A stretch of 64,000 nucleotides of DNA from Candidatus Krumholzibacteriota bacterium. GTDB taxonomy: Bacteria > Krumholzibacteriota > Krumholzibacteriia > JAJRXK01. Each line of letters opens with the position of its first letter. The first letter of the stretch is position 1. Under the pieces are notes generated by a model. It made no database searches. It saw only the letters and a program-made list of their open reading frames with translations, and was not told the DNA's origin. The stretch covers positions 224,001-288,000 of the forward strand of contig CAVXTH010000006.1 in the NCBI GenBank assembly GCA_963764625.1, in the 5' to 3' direction. The position numbers were made by a program, and so were the translations under genes. Shown piece after piece: positions 63,513 through 64,000 of this stretch.

Positions 63513-64000
63513 GTGACAATCCGCATGAACACCTTGAGTCGAGTCCTTTCGGCGGGTGTTTTCCTGGCCGCATTCGCCGTTGCCGGTTACGCCCAGGACT
63601 CAACTTCCACTGCTGCCGAGGAGATGACCGTGCCTCAAGATGGTACCCACGTTCGGCTCGAGACCTCTCTCGGAGCCATAACTTTCCGTCTCTACGACGC
63701 GCTCGCACCCAAGGCGGTCGAGAACTTTCTCGGGCTCGCGAAGAAGGGCTACTACGATGGCGTCATCTTCCATCGAGTCATTCCCGGATTCATGATGCAG
63801 GGAGGCGATCCCACCGGCACCGGGTATGGGGGGCAGAGTCTGTGGGATAAGCCGTTCGAGGACGAAATCTCCGATAGCCTCACCTTCGACAAGCGCGGCA
63901 TTCTCGCGATGGCGAACTCCGGGCCTAAGACCAACGGCAGCCAGTTCTTCATCACCTTTGCTCCGACGACCTGGCTCAACGGCCACCATACGATCTTCGG
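63513..64000 (+). CDS. Cyclophilin-type peptidyl-prolyl isomerase with signal peptide, truncated by window edge
   Basis: APKAVENF, YYDGVIFHRVIPGFMMQGGDPTGTG, LAMANSGPKTNGSQFFIT; absent from the ORF track because it has no stop in the window. Confidence 0.93.
   Translation, partial: MTIRMNTLSRVLSAGVFLAAFAVAGYAQDSTSTAAEEMTVPQDGTHVRLETSLGAITFRLYDALAPKAVENFLGLAKKGYYDGVIFHRVIPGFMMQGGDPTGTGYGGQSLWDKPFEDEISDSLTFDKRGILAMANSGPKTNGSQFFITFAPTTWLNGHHTIF

Overview
A 64 kb window of GC-rich bacterial chromosome. Gene content (FlgD-Ig tails, [ST]WGxLK tails, FG-GAP proteins) suggests an uncultured FCB-related lineage such as Krumholzibacteriota, Latescibacterota or Eisenbacteria; this is inference. About eight genes carry small indels, which points to long-read or assembly errors. 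Ordinary content includes ABC permeases, MFS transporters, peptidases, tryptophanase, murB, a TonB/ExbBD-mnmA-AsmA run, four tRNAs and a cyclophilin. Six observations stand out. (1) An operon with two candidate SOS boxes encodes an intact DinB, a catalytically dead truncated DnaE paralogue with a clamp-type tail, and LexA, the mirror image of ImuB-DnaE2. (2) Five unrelated secreted proteins share a short C-terminal [ST]WGxLKxx[YF] tail, a candidate sorting signal. (3) Archaeal-type gatE-gatD is present and in frame as sequenced. (4) A stand-alone histone-fold gene is present. (5) An orphan BMC-T shell gene is present. (6) One gene is bracketed by palindrome-cored direct repeats. All calls come from reading the sequence by eye; no searches were run.
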